Source: an uncultured Fibrobacterota bacterium
Lineage (GTDB): Bacteria; Fibrobacterota; Chitinivibrionia; Chitinivibrionales; FEN-1185
NCBI GenBank assembly: GCA_963729895.1
Contig: CAVSQB010000008.1
Span: 1-64,000 of the forward strand
Direction of reading: 5' to 3'
DNA length: 64,000 bases
The position numbers and the translations under genes are program-made. Under the pieces are notes generated by a model. The model did no database searches. It saw only the letters and a program-made list of their open reading frames with translations, and had not been told where the DNA came from. The first letter of the stretch is position 1; each line of letters begins with the position of its first letter. This document shows, piece after piece, positions 49,124 through 58,535 of the stretch.

Positions 49124-49633
49124 ATGCAAACACAATCCCGCAAGACGGCAAAGAAAACCAACCGCACCGCACCGCGCACAATGGCCGCCGGCAGTAAGCC
49201 CCCGGTTGCGGTTTGTCTCAGACGTCAGCCGATCATGCCTGTGTTCCTCGACGCGGTTGATGCCTGCACCAAATCCGGCCTCATGACCGATCACAAGATA
49301 GGAATTGATTCGGGAATCGACCAGGAAATGAAACTCTGGCTTGATGCTCCTTTGTTCAAGGAAGCGCTGGTTGACATGTTGCGGGATGCAGCGCGCCATA
49401 CCCACGGGAATCACGGCATCTCCGTCTCCATTTCCCCCGACGGAATGCATTTTTGCAGGATCGCAATATCGTACCTGCTCAAAGCCGGTGAGGATGAAGA
49501 TTACGATGACCGGTTCGCACACCAGAACTATTGCAACAGCCGGACCCAGGACATTGTTTCCCAGCATCGGGCGTCACTGGGCTTGCGAAAAGATAACCGG
49601 AAGATTACGATAGATCTGTGTTTCCCCAATTGA
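49124..49633 (+). CDS. Hypothetical protein, degenerate HATPase_c-like
   Basis: D..LFKEALVDMLRDAARHT and IVSQH resemble kinase N-box and C-terminal helices; no G boxes. Confidence 0.5.
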   Translation: MQTQSRKTAKKTNRTAPRTMAAGSKPPVAVCLRRQPIMPVFLDAVDACTKSGLMTDHKIGIDSGIDQEMKLWLDAPLFKEALVDMLRDAARHTHGNHGISVSISPDGMHFCRIAISYLLKAGEDEDYDDRFAHQNYCNSRTQDIVSQHRASLGLRKDNRKITIDLCFPN

Positions 49634-49923
49634 GGAAGGGGCGAGAGGGCCGTTGATGGCAAACGCCTGTGCAGGCCGGTTACGCCTCCGGTCGGGAATT
49701 CCGGCTGTCTGTTCACTCCAGTGAACACAAAAGACACCTTTTTTCCAGTTCCCCATAAATACTGGGTCACCTGCGTTTATATTACCCAACCAGGGATAAA
49801 GACTGGTACCGTGATACGCCTTAAGGGAGGGGGATCACACAATCAGTTCGACTTCGTTATTTTTGCTGCCCGCAGAATCGTTTGTTCCTGATCACATTAT
49901 TTTTTAAAAGGGGGGAAGCGGCC

Positions 49924-52734
49924 ATGCTCAAAAAATTATTGGCGTCATGTGCATTTGTCCTGTTTTTATCGGCGCTTGTTTGCTATGCCGACACCTACAC
50001 GGGGGAGGCAAGCAACAGGTTAAGAATCAATCTGGGCGACACGCCTTGGAAGTTCATAAAATCGGACCCCGCAAACGCCCAGAGCCCTGCGGTAAGCGAT
50101 GCGACATGGAAGGACATTGGAGTTCCGTACACTCCGAATGACGATGATACCTTTGTGAACGGCGAGAGCGGCGGTGGTCCGATGTTTGGGGGCAATTGCT
50201 GGTACAGGAAACACTTCACCTTGGACAATGCCTATTCGGGACGGAAAATATTTATTGAAGTCGAGGGAGCTCACATGGGATGCCAGTTGTACATCAACGG
50301 TACGCTCATGAAGGGAAACAGCGCTGTCACCGCGAATGCAAGCGCCACCCACGTAATCGGTTTCATTGGTTTCGTTGTAGACGTTACGAACAATGTGACC
50401 TTCGGCGGGGCCGACAATCTGCTCGCCATGCGGGTCGGCTTTTCCCAGGGTTTTTACGAAGACCCGGGTTTTTCGGAAGTCTTCAGGTTCGGACAGGCTG
50501 ATGTTGGCGTCTTCCGGCCGGTGTGGCTGCATATCACCGACCCGGTCCATGTGCCGCTCAATGTGTATTCGGTTCTTAACAAGTGGGGAACCTGCGTTGC
50601 CACCACTGCCGCGACGGACGCTTCGGCTACGGTGCGCATCCAGACGAACGTGCAGAACGAAGGCGCCACGGACAAGAGCGTCACTCTCACCACCAAGATT
50701 GTGGACGCGACAAACACCGTGGTGTCGAGCATCGACAATACACAGACCGTACCCGCCGGCGGGATGTATATGTTCGACCAGACCGCCACAATAGCCAATC
50801 CGCATCTGTGGTACCCGAACAACAGCACCTACGGCACGCCGTACATGCATAAAGTTTACCACATTGTCAAGGTCGGCGGGACCACGGTTGACGTTTTTGA
50901 GAGCCCGCTGGGAATCCGCACGATCACCTGGGACGCAAATTTTCCCTATATCAATGGACACAAACATTGCCTATACGGCGCTTCGGCGCGGTACGATTAT
51001 CCCGCGCTGGGCACGGCAATGCCTCCGGAGCAGGAATACCGGGACGCACAGACACTTGCCAAAATCGGCGGCAGTCTCTGGAGACCCGGCCATTCGTCGT
51101 GCAGTCCCGGGTTCGTCCAGGCTTGCAACGACGAGGGTATCATGCTCATGCAGCCCAGCGGCGAAGGCGAGGGAGCCTTCTCAACCGGAGCAAATCCTCC
51201 GGCCGACCGCGTCACCCTCAAGGAGGAAATCCAGCGGGACGTATGCGTTCGGGATAGAAACGATCCGTCGATTCTCGCGTGGGAGGTAAGCAACGGCGAT
51301 ATCGATCCCGGTCTTTGTGACGCATTTAGGGCCGTTTGCAAAACATGGGACCCGCTTGCACCGCGCGCGATCTCCGTTCGCGGTGGACCGGAATTTCAGG
51401 CGGGCGACCTGATCGCATGCACGGTGACCGGTTGTGAAATAGGACTCCATCAGCAACACCCGCTGTGCCCGGGCTGGGGCGCGGAAGCCTGGGGCCATCA
51501 GGCCGCAAGGTTTGCCTATGACTATGAACTCCTGTTTGCCGAGGAGTTCGTACAAAACTGGAGAAAGAACATACAAGCCAACTGTTTCGGACTGTGCCAG
51601 TGGTATCTGGCAGAGACGCCCGGTGAGGCAGGGGATTTTGAAGGTGGTCCCACGGGGCCGGGGGTCCGCTCGTTCGGATCTTCCATGATGGATTTCAACC
51701 GTATCCCCAAGTTACTTTACAAGATATACAACACCTGCTGGGTGCCGTATTCTACCAAGCCTGTGGTTTTTCTGGGGTACCATTGGAACCGGGCGGGTGC
51801 GGTCACGGTCAACGCGTTCAGCAACTGCCCGCAGGTGAATCTTCTTATCAATGGTAATAGCCAAGGGATAAAAACGCCAAATCCCTGGACCGGGACGGGG
51901 GACGAGACAACAAATCAAACCACCACGGAGATGCCGTTTCAATGCTGGTGGAATGTAAACTGGGCAGCGGGAACTTTGCTTGCGCAAGGCCTTGATGCAA
52001 ATGGCAAGGTGGTATGCACCGACCAGAAAGTCACCGCCGGGGCCGCCGACCATATAGTTCTAACGGTGGATGCTCCAGTGGTAAAACCGGATGGCGAGGT
52101 TTTCCAGATCAGGGCCAACGGGTCCGACGCGGCTTTTATCGTGGCCACGGTGGTCGATGCGCAAGGCAACTGGGTTCCCACGGCAAGCATGAATATCAAT
52201 TTCCACACGAGCGGTCCCTGCGAATATCGCGGCGGCACCGATCAACTGGTCACCGCGGGACAGGGCTACGGCTATCATGCGCCTCTTGATTCCCAACTTC
52301 AGGCTGAGGGGGGAATGTGCAAGATAGTGGTGAGGTCACGTTGGACTCCGGGCGCCGTGAATGTCACGGCGACTTCTCCCGGACTGGGCACGGGAACTAC
52401 GTCGTTTACAATCAGCGACATAGCAACCCCGGTTGTGTACCGGCAGCCGGCCGCAACGTATTCGTCTGCAATGCCCGCATTCAGGATGGAAGTGCTGGGA
52501 AAAACTCTGCGATATTTCATCAGCAGACCCGGAAGCGTTGCCTTTGACATCATGAACGCTGGCGGAAGAGTACTGAAACATATTCCGGCTTTGCAATGTT
52601 CGGATGGGTGGCATCAGATCGCGCTTCTTGGTGCGACAGCCCTCAGCGAGGCGACAGGCAACGGCGTGTATTTCGTGCGTTGCAGCCTCGACGGCGCAAA
52701 TCAAAGCGTGAAACGCGTCGCCATGATCCGCTGA
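49924..52734 (+). CDS. Secreted GH2-like glycoside hydrolase with a C-terminal sorting-like domain
   Basis: Signal peptide, WYRKHF, LWYP, GIRT, RDRNDPSILAW; C-terminal GRV...GVYFVR tail. Confidence 0.85.
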   Translation: MLKKLLASCAFVLFLSALVCYADTYTGEASNRLRINLGDTPWKFIKSDPANAQSPAVSDATWKDIGVPYTPNDDDTFVNGESGGGPMFGGNCWYRKHFTLDNAYSGRKIFIEVEGAHMGCQLYINGTLMKGNSAVTANASATHVIGFIGFVVDVTNNVTFGGADNLLAMRVGFSQGFYEDPGFSEVFRFGQADVGVFRPVWLHITDPVHVPLNVYSVLNKWGTCVATTAATDASATVRIQTNVQNEGATDKSVTLTTKIVDATNTVVSSIDNTQTVPAGGMYMFDQTATIANPHLWYPNNSTYGTPYMHKVYHIVKVGGTTVDVFESPLGIRTITWDANFPYINGHKHCLYGASARYDYPALGTAMPPEQEYRDAQTLAKIGGSLWRPGHSSCSPGFVQACNDEGIMLMQPSGEGEGAFSTGANPPADRVTLKEEIQRDVCVRDRNDPSILAWEVSNGDIDPGLCDAFRAVCKTWDPLAPRAISVRGGPEFQAGDLIACTVTGCEIGLHQQHPLCPGWGAEAWGHQAARFAYDYELLFAEEFVQNWRKNIQANCFGLCQWYLAETPGEAGDFEGGPTGPGVRSFGSSMMDFNRIPKLLYKIYNTCWVPYSTKPVVFLGYHWNRAGAVTVNAFSNCPQVNLLINGNSQGIKTPNPWTGTGDETTNQTTTEMPFQCWWNVNWAAGTLLAQGLDANGKVVCTDQKVTAGAADHIVLTVDAPVVKPDGEVFQIRANGSDAAFIVATVVDAQGNWVPTASMNINFHTSGPCEYRGGTDQLVTAGQGYGYHAPLDSQLQAEGGMCKIVVRSRWTPGAVNVTATSPGLGTGTTSFTISDIATPVVYRQPAATYSSAMPAFRMEVLGKTLRYFISRPGSVAFDIMNAGGRVLKHIPALQCSDGWHQIALLGATALSEATGNGVYFVRCSLDGANQSVKRVAMIR

Positions 52735-52759
52735 AATCGGCAAGCAGCAATGGTGCTCA

Positions 52760-52800
52760 CAGGGGCGGCCTGATGCGCGGCATCGGGCCGCCCCTGTTTT
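52760..52800 (+). terminator. Intrinsic terminator after GH2
   Basis: caggggcggcc...ggccgcccctg hairpin followed by TTTT. Confidence 0.7.
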
Positions 52801-52847
52801 GATCCGCGCATGGCCTGCGCATCACACGCCTTCTTGGTCCCACCCGC

Positions 52848-52888
52848 AAAAACAAAAAAGGGCGCCCCTTCTCCCGAAGAAGCGCCCG
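52848..52888 (-). terminator. Intrinsic terminator of the ech operon
   Basis: On the minus strand a gggcgc...gcgccc hairpin followed by TTTTTTGTTTT. Confidence 0.7.
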
Positions 52889-52911
52889 TCCGTAATCCCA
52901 TCATCAGATCG

Positions 52912-53283
52912 CTACACCTGGGTCTCCCTCATCGAAGCCTTGTCTTCCTGATGCACTATGTCGTCGGCCCCCTTGAGCACCACGGCCGGCGAGTACTTGT
53001 TCTCCAGCCACAGGCACTTCTTGGGACAGGCATCCACGCACGCACCGCAGGAAATACAGCGAAGCCGGTTGATCTGCCAGTCCTTTGCCGCCTTTGTGAC
53101 GGTAATCGCCTGCGTGGGGCAGCGCTTCTGGCAGATGCCGCACAATATGCACCTGTCGATGTCGATGGCGACCGCGCCGCGGGTGTTCTTATAGAACGGC
53201 CTCTTTTCAAACGGATAGAGGCGCGTTGCGGGACGCGACAAGGCGCTGCGGGACACGACTTTTCCAATGGACATTTGTGACAT
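52912..53283 (-). CDS. echF: Ech hydrogenase ferredoxin-like subunit
   Basis: Two CxxCxxCxxxCP motifs; PATRLYP. Confidence 0.88.
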   Translation of the reverse strand: MSQMSIGKVVSRSALSRPATRLYPFEKRPFYKNTRGAVAIDIDRCILCGICQKRCPTQAITVTKAAKDWQINRLRCISCGACVDACPKKCLWLENKYSPAVVLKGADDIVHQEDKASMRETQV

Positions 53284-53285
53284 TG

Positions 53286-54365
53286 TTACCGCTCCGTGCA
53301 GCTGATACAGGGGTCGATGGTGAGCACGATCACGGGCACGTCGGCAAGTTCGCACCCGCCGAGCATTTTCACCAGCGGCGGGATATTTGCAAACGTGGGC
53401 GTGCGCACGCGGAAGCGCTCGAGGTTCTTGGTATTGTTGGCCTTGACATAGTAAATAACTTCGCCGCGCGGCTGTTCGGTGCGGCCGAAGTACTCGCCGT
53501 TAGGATTTCCCGTCACTTTCACGTCAACCGGGCCGTCGGGGATTTTCGCGGTCGACTGATAAATCATGTCGAACGATGCGTACAATTCTCGGCAGCGCAC
53601 CATGCACCGCGCGTAGCAGTCGCAGCCGGTCTCCACGATGGGTTCCCAATTGATTTTTGCGTATGCGGCGTATCCGAGCTTGCGCAAATCCGACGAAACG
53701 CCGCTTCCGCGGAGCGTGGGGCCCACCGCGCCGAGCGCGAGCGCGTCTTCTTTGGAAAGCATGCCCTTGCCAACCGTCCTGCGCTTCACCGAGCTGTCCT
53801 TCCTGAAGACATCGGTGATCTCGTGACACATTTTTTCTATGGTCCTGAGTTCGCCTTCAATCCGCTTAAGCGTCAGGTTGTCGATGTCGCGGCGAACGCC
53901 GCCTATCTTTGCGGACCCGAATATCACGCGTCCGCCCGTTGTCTCTTCTATGATGTCGACGATCTTTTCCCTCACGCGCCACGAATGCATGAAGAGGCTT
54001 TCGAACCCGAACCCGTCGGCAAACAGGCCGAGCCACAGGAGGTGGCTGTGAATACGGGACATTTCGCCCCAGATCGTCCGCAGGTACAGCGCGCGTTCCG
54101 GTACGTCAATCTTCATCACCCCTTCTATGGCCTGGCAATACGACTGCCCGTGGATGAAGCTGCAGATGCCGCAGATGCGCTCGGCCACATAGGTCATTTC
54201 CTGGAAGTCTTTCTTTTCGACAAGCTTTTCCAGGCCGCGGTGAATGAACCCGATGGACGGGATCGCACTAACGACCTTCTCGTCTTCGAGTACGAGATCG
54301 AGGTGGATCGGCTCCGGAAGAACGGGATGTTGCGGTCCGAACGGAATAATGGTGCGGGTTGCCAT
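53286..54365 (-). CDS. echE: Ech [NiFe] hydrogenase large subunit
   Basis: GPQHP, RICGIC, DPCISCTER with no C-terminal extension. Confidence 0.93.
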   Translation of the reverse strand: MATRTIIPFGPQHPVLPEPIHLDLVLEDEKVVSAIPSIGFIHRGLEKLVEKKDFQEMTYVAERICGICSFIHGQSYCQAIEGVMKIDVPERALYLRTIWGEMSRIHSHLLWLGLFADGFGFESLFMHSWRVREKIVDIIEETTGGRVIFGSAKIGGVRRDIDNLTLKRIEGELRTIEKMCHEITDVFRKDSSVKRRTVGKGMLSKEDALALGAVGPTLRGSGVSSDLRKLGYAAYAKINWEPIVETGCDCYARCMVRCRELYASFDMIYQSTAKIPDGPVDVKVTGNPNGEYFGRTEQPRGEVIYYVKANNTKNLERFRVRTPTFANIPPLVKMLGGCELADVPVIVLTIDPCISCTER

Positions 54366-54367
54366 AG

Positions 54368-54739
54368 TTACTGCGCCGGTTGTTGAGGTTGTGGGGCAAA
54401 CGGTGTCTTGATCGAAAGCTTGTAGAATTTGCCCTTAAAGTCGAGTGCAAGGCCCTTCACGGTGATGCCGAACAGGTCCTGCAGTTCGTTCTCGTAGGTG
54501 AACGCGGCAAAATACGCGCCGGTGATGCTCGGCAGTTCCAGATCGCTCTTCTGAAGCACCGTGCGTATATGCGAACACTTGTATTCTTTATCGAACGTGT
54601 AGGTTACTTCGTACACGTCCTTTGCGGCGCAGCTGATCTGAACAAGACGCCATCCGTCTTTGCTCATCTGCGTCGCTTTTTCGACAATCTGGGACTTATC
54701 CACCACGGCCATGGATTGTTCTTCACGGTGTACCATCAT
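54368..54739 (-). CDS. echD: Ech hydrogenase subunit D (NuoC-like)
   Basis: LPSIT..Y.AAF.YENELQDLFG. Confidence 0.88.
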   Translation of the reverse strand: MMVHREEQSMAVVDKSQIVEKATQMSKDGWRLVQISCAAKDVYEVTYTFDKEYKCSHIRTVLQKSDLELPSITGAYFAAFTYENELQDLFGITVKGLALDFKGKFYKLSIKTPFAPQPQQPAQ

Positions 54740-55179
54740 GCGCTCGCTTTCATCGCCTTGAGGGCTCCGGCTTTCTTTTCCAGCACGCCGAGCGCCGCGA
54801 CAACGCCGTCGATAATGGCCTCGGGCCTCACCGCGCACCCGGGAATGTAGATGTCGACCGGTATGGTGGTGTCCACGCCGCCCTTTACGTTATAGCATTC
54901 GCGGAATATCCCGCCGCTCGTGGCGCAGATCCCGATTGCCGCCACCACTTTGGGATCGGGCATCTGGTTATAAATGTTGCGCACGACTTCGACATTCTGC
55001 TCATTTATGGTGCCGGTAATCAGGAAAACATCCGCATGCTTCGGGTTGCCGGTATTGATGATGCCGAAGCGTTCGATGTCGTACAGCGGCGTAAGGCACG
55101 CAAGCACTTCGATGTCGCAGCCGTTGCAGCTCGATCCATCGTAGTGAATGATCCACGGAGATTTCTTAAGAAAACTCAT
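54736..55179 (-). CDS. echC: Ech hydrogenase small subunit
   Basis: SCNGCDIE, GICATSGG, IPGC. Confidence 0.92.
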   Translation of the reverse strand: MSFLKKSPWIIHYDGSSCNGCDIEVLACLTPLYDIERFGIINTGNPKHADVFLITGTINEQNVEVVRNIYNQMPDPKVVAAIGICATSGGIFRECYNVKGGVDTTIPVDIYIPGCAVRPEAIIDGVVAALGVLEKKAGALKAMKASA

Positions 55180-55186
55180 TTTCCCC

Positions 55187-56041
55187 TCATTTGACCAGGA
55201 AGGCGATGACGAAAAGGTTCACGACCCCAAATATTCCGCCCACGATCCAGGAGGATTTCACGGTAAAACGCCATGTGAGCCGGGCGTAGGTATTATCTAC
55301 CAGGATTTCAATTATATACGCGACAACCACGGCGAAAATTGCGACAACCCAGTTGAACGCGAAAAATAGGTACACGAAACCCATGAGCAGCACGTTTTCG
55401 TACCAGTGCGATATCTCGATGATTGCAAGTGCAGAGCCCGAGAACTCGGTCGTCGCTCCCTTGACGAGCTCCTGATGGCCGTGGTGCGAGGTTGAAAGGT
55501 CGAACGGAGATTTCCTGAGCTTTATCGTGAGGATAAACAGAAACGCCAGAAATACTCCGGGAAGAAAAACAAAGAGGGGCTTTTGAAAGGCGGCTATATC
55601 GCGGACCTGCCAGCTCTTTGTCACCATGAACATGCCGAGCGCGGCAATGATAAGCACCGGCTCGTACGACATCATCTGCAGGAGTTCACGCTCCGCCCCG
55701 ATGTTCGAATACGGCGAGTTCGGCGAATAGGCGCCGAGCGCGAAAAACACGCCCGCCACGGTAAGGGCGAAAATGGTGAGGAGCAGGTCGCCGCCCGAGA
55801 AGAAGAGCGCGCCGGTCACCACGACGAATGCGAGGAAGCAGATCATGTAGAAATTCTGGTAGCTGTTGACCACGACGCCCCGCTTGCCGAAAAGTTTGAG
55901 CACGTCGTAGAACGGCTGCAAAAGCGGCGGTCCCACACGCGACTGCATGCGCGCGGTAATGATGCGGTCGGCCCCGGCAAGAAGCCCGCCGATAAAGGGG
56001 GCAAGCGCGACCCAGGCAACAACACAGAGAGCCGTTTTCAT
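55187..56041 (-). CDS. echB: Ech membrane subunit B (NuoH-like)
   Basis: RMQSRVGPP, QPFYD..KL, RKSPFD. Confidence 0.9.
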   Translation of the reverse strand: MKTALCVVAWVALAPFIGGLLAGADRIITARMQSRVGPPLLQPFYDVLKLFGKRGVVVNSYQNFYMICFLAFVVVTGALFFSGGDLLLTIFALTVAGVFFALGAYSPNSPYSNIGAERELLQMMSYEPVLIIAALGMFMVTKSWQVRDIAAFQKPLFVFLPGVFLAFLFILTIKLRKSPFDLSTSHHGHQELVKGATTEFSGSALAIIEISHWYENVLLMGFVYLFFAFNWVVAIFAVVVAYIIEILVDNTYARLTWRFTVKSSWIVGGIFGVVNLFVIAFLVK

Positions 56042-57933
56042 AGTTTTACCACCGAGAACATGATGACGATAAGCGCGATTGTAATCAGGATGCTTGCAAT
56101 TGTTAGTTTCTTTTCGCTGAAAAAGCCGGCCAGATAATAGTTGCGCATCGTGGACTGCTGCACCACGCCCATGGCGCCGAGGAACGATCCGTTCTCCCCG
56201 GCATTCGCGCCTCCAAGGTATCGCTGGACATAGTTGGATTTTTTCGGGTACACCAGGAAGCTGAGCGGCAGGAGGATCATGAGGCCGAGCAATATCGCCA
56301 TGATGACGATATTCCCCTGTGTCAAGGTGACGGTGGCATGATAGAGAGAGGATATATACGGTTCCACGATTATCCGCGATACCACCGGAAACAGCGCGGC
56401 AATCGCCACGGTGCCGATGGCGAGCAGGCCGAGCGCCGTCCATTCGTCCTTTGCCACGCGCCCCTCCCCTTTCCTGATGTCTCCGGGAACGCTCACGATC
56501 TTGCCCATCCACTTTGCCCAGAAAAACAGCGTCGGGGCGCTGCCGTACGCAAGCAGGATTGCGATGATCGGCGTTCCTTTTACATTTACAAAAGATTCGA
56601 GGCAGGCCCATTTACTGATGAGCATCCCGAACGGAGCGAGAAACATGCCGAGAATGCCGACGAGCATCACCATGGCGAGCCCGGGGCGGCTCACGATGAG
56701 GCCGTCCATGTCTTCTATATCGCGGCTGCCTATCTTGTGCTCAATGGAGCCAACGCCCAGGAAGAGCAGGCCCTTGGAAACGGCGTGGAATATGGTGAGG
56801 AATACGGCGGCCCACAGCGTCTCGTAGGTGCCTATGCCTGCGCACGCCACAATGAGCCCGAGGTTGGCGATGGTGGAATAGGCAAGCACCCGTTTCGCGT
56901 TGCTCTGAGTGACCGCGATAATTGACGTCATAAGAAACGTGACGCCGCCGATAAGCGCCAGGAAATAACCGGCCCAGGTTCCCTGAAGGACCGGCGCGAA
57001 CTTGATGATGATGAAAATTCCCGCCTTGACCATCGTGCTCGAATGCAGCAGCGCGGACACCGGCGTCGGCGCCACCATGGCGCCAAGCAACCACGACGAG
57101 AACGGCATTTGCGCCGATTTTGCAACGCCGGCAAAGGAAATGAGGACCACCGGGATAAGCACGATCCCGGGTCCGAGCGCGATCACGCGGGAAAGGTCGA
57201 CCGTATGTTCCGGACAAAACTTGACAAGATAAAGAATTCCCCCGGCGAAACCGAGCCCGCCCAGCAGATTGAGCCCGAGCGCGCGGTAGGCATTGCGCAC
57301 GGCCTCTTCGGTCTTGGGGTACCCGATGAGAATAAAGGAAGAAAGCGTGGTAATTTCCCAGAAGAAGTACAACCACACCAGGTTGTTTGAAAACACCACG
57401 CCGAACATCGCAGAAAGGAAGAAGAACAGAATGAAGAAGAAGCTGCGCTGCCTGTTCTTTATCTCGGGGTGGTGGTGATGATAATCCTTCATGTAGCTGA
57501 TCGCATACAAGCAGATGAGGCTGCCGATGATGCCGATAATAAGCGCCATGATAATGGAAAAGTTGTCTATGTAAAGCGCGTTTTCAACCGCGGGCACTGC
57601 GCCGGTCAGTTCGCAATATGCCATGATTCCCGCCTGAAGAACTATCAAAACGGGGATGTACCATTCCCTGCTCTTGATGCCGATGCATTTGAAAAGCAGG
57701 AACAGCGAAAGGACCATTTCACCGGCAAAAAACAGCATGTCGATGTGCGGAAAATCCGCCTTGAAAGACTGATACCCCTGCCCGTTGAACGCGACAGCCG
57801 CAAACACGGACCCGGCCGCAATAAGCAGGCAGCTTATGCGCACCAGCGCGTTGCGGAAACCGTTCGGCGGGAGAACGGCAAAGAGCAGGGACACGGCAGC
57901 GGGAAACAACAGGAGAAAAAGCAGTATGTTCAT
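56038..57933 (-). CDS. echA: Ech antiporter-like subunit A
   Basis: WEITT, KSAQMPF, AMVAPTPVSALLHSSTMVKAG. Confidence 0.9.
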   Translation of the reverse strand: MNILLFLLLFPAAVSLLFAVLPPNGFRNALVRISCLLIAAGSVFAAVAFNGQGYQSFKADFPHIDMLFFAGEMVLSLFLLFKCIGIKSREWYIPVLIVLQAGIMAYCELTGAVPAVENALYIDNFSIIMALIIGIIGSLICLYAISYMKDYHHHHPEIKNRQRSFFFILFFFLSAMFGVVFSNNLVWLYFFWEITTLSSFILIGYPKTEEAVRNAYRALGLNLLGGLGFAGGILYLVKFCPEHTVDLSRVIALGPGIVLIPVVLISFAGVAKSAQMPFSSWLLGAMVAPTPVSALLHSSTMVKAGIFIIIKFAPVLQGTWAGYFLALIGGVTFLMTSIIAVTQSNAKRVLAYSTIANLGLIVACAGIGTYETLWAAVFLTIFHAVSKGLLFLGVGSIEHKIGSRDIEDMDGLIVSRPGLAMVMLVGILGMFLAPFGMLISKWACLESFVNVKGTPIIAILLAYGSAPTLFFWAKWMGKIVSVPGDIRKGEGRVAKDEWTALGLLAIGTVAIAALFPVVSRIIVEPYISSLYHATVTLTQGNIVIMAILLGLMILLPLSFLVYPKKSNYVQRYLGGANAGENGSFLGAMGVVQQSTMRNYYLAGFFSEKKLTIASILITIALIVIMFSVVKL

Positions 57934-58174
57934 CGGCTCCCTCGCGGACAGCCATCCGGGCCGGCTGCAAACTTCTACAGTGGGAAGGCGGCGAACCTGG
58001 AGCGCCTCGCTCAAATCAGGACGCCGGAAGCGTTAAAAAAGACATTAAAAATGGAATATGGGCGGAGGTAAGGCAAGGAATATCTGACCGGCATGGAGGC
58101 GGTTTAATAAAGCCCGACGTAGTATAAGTTGTATAACGCGCAGCAACATCAAATTACCACATCAAATTACAAAT

Positions 58175-58505
58175 ACGATGCGTTTGGATGGCTGTGCCGG
58201 GTGACCCCCAAGTGAGTTTATTTGCGAGAATCCGATCTTCGGTTGGGGGGCACCCTCGAAGGGTAGCTGGAAGGTTGGAAACCTGGTTTCGAAATGGAAA
58301 TGCAACCTAGTGCGTCTTGTCAGATGCGCATGCGTTAGGCAGGACTGGAGGGTGCGCCGAAGCGCAGTGCCGCCTGACCCCGGCCCAAAGGGCCATAGGG
58401 GCGGCGCGGCACCGAGGCCTTTCGGCCGAGCCCGGAAGGACGGCCGCCCCCGGGCCTGTAGGGGCAGGTTTGAAACCTGCCCCTACAGGCCCGGGGGAAC
58501 GCCCA
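58175..58505 (+). repeat. Modular repeat copy R7 containing a GTAG-type REP palindrome (about 58447-58497)
   Basis: GGGTGACCCC module; GTAGGGGCAGGTTT-G-AAACCTGCCCCTAC. Confidence 0.85.
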
Positions 58506-58535
58506 TTTCTTTAGGTCAATCCCTTGGTATGACAA

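Noticed and set aside
52912..57933. NADH dehydrogenase (nuo) operon
   Set aside because: The large subunit keeps both Ni-binding CxxC motifs, and the six-gene layout is that of Ech.
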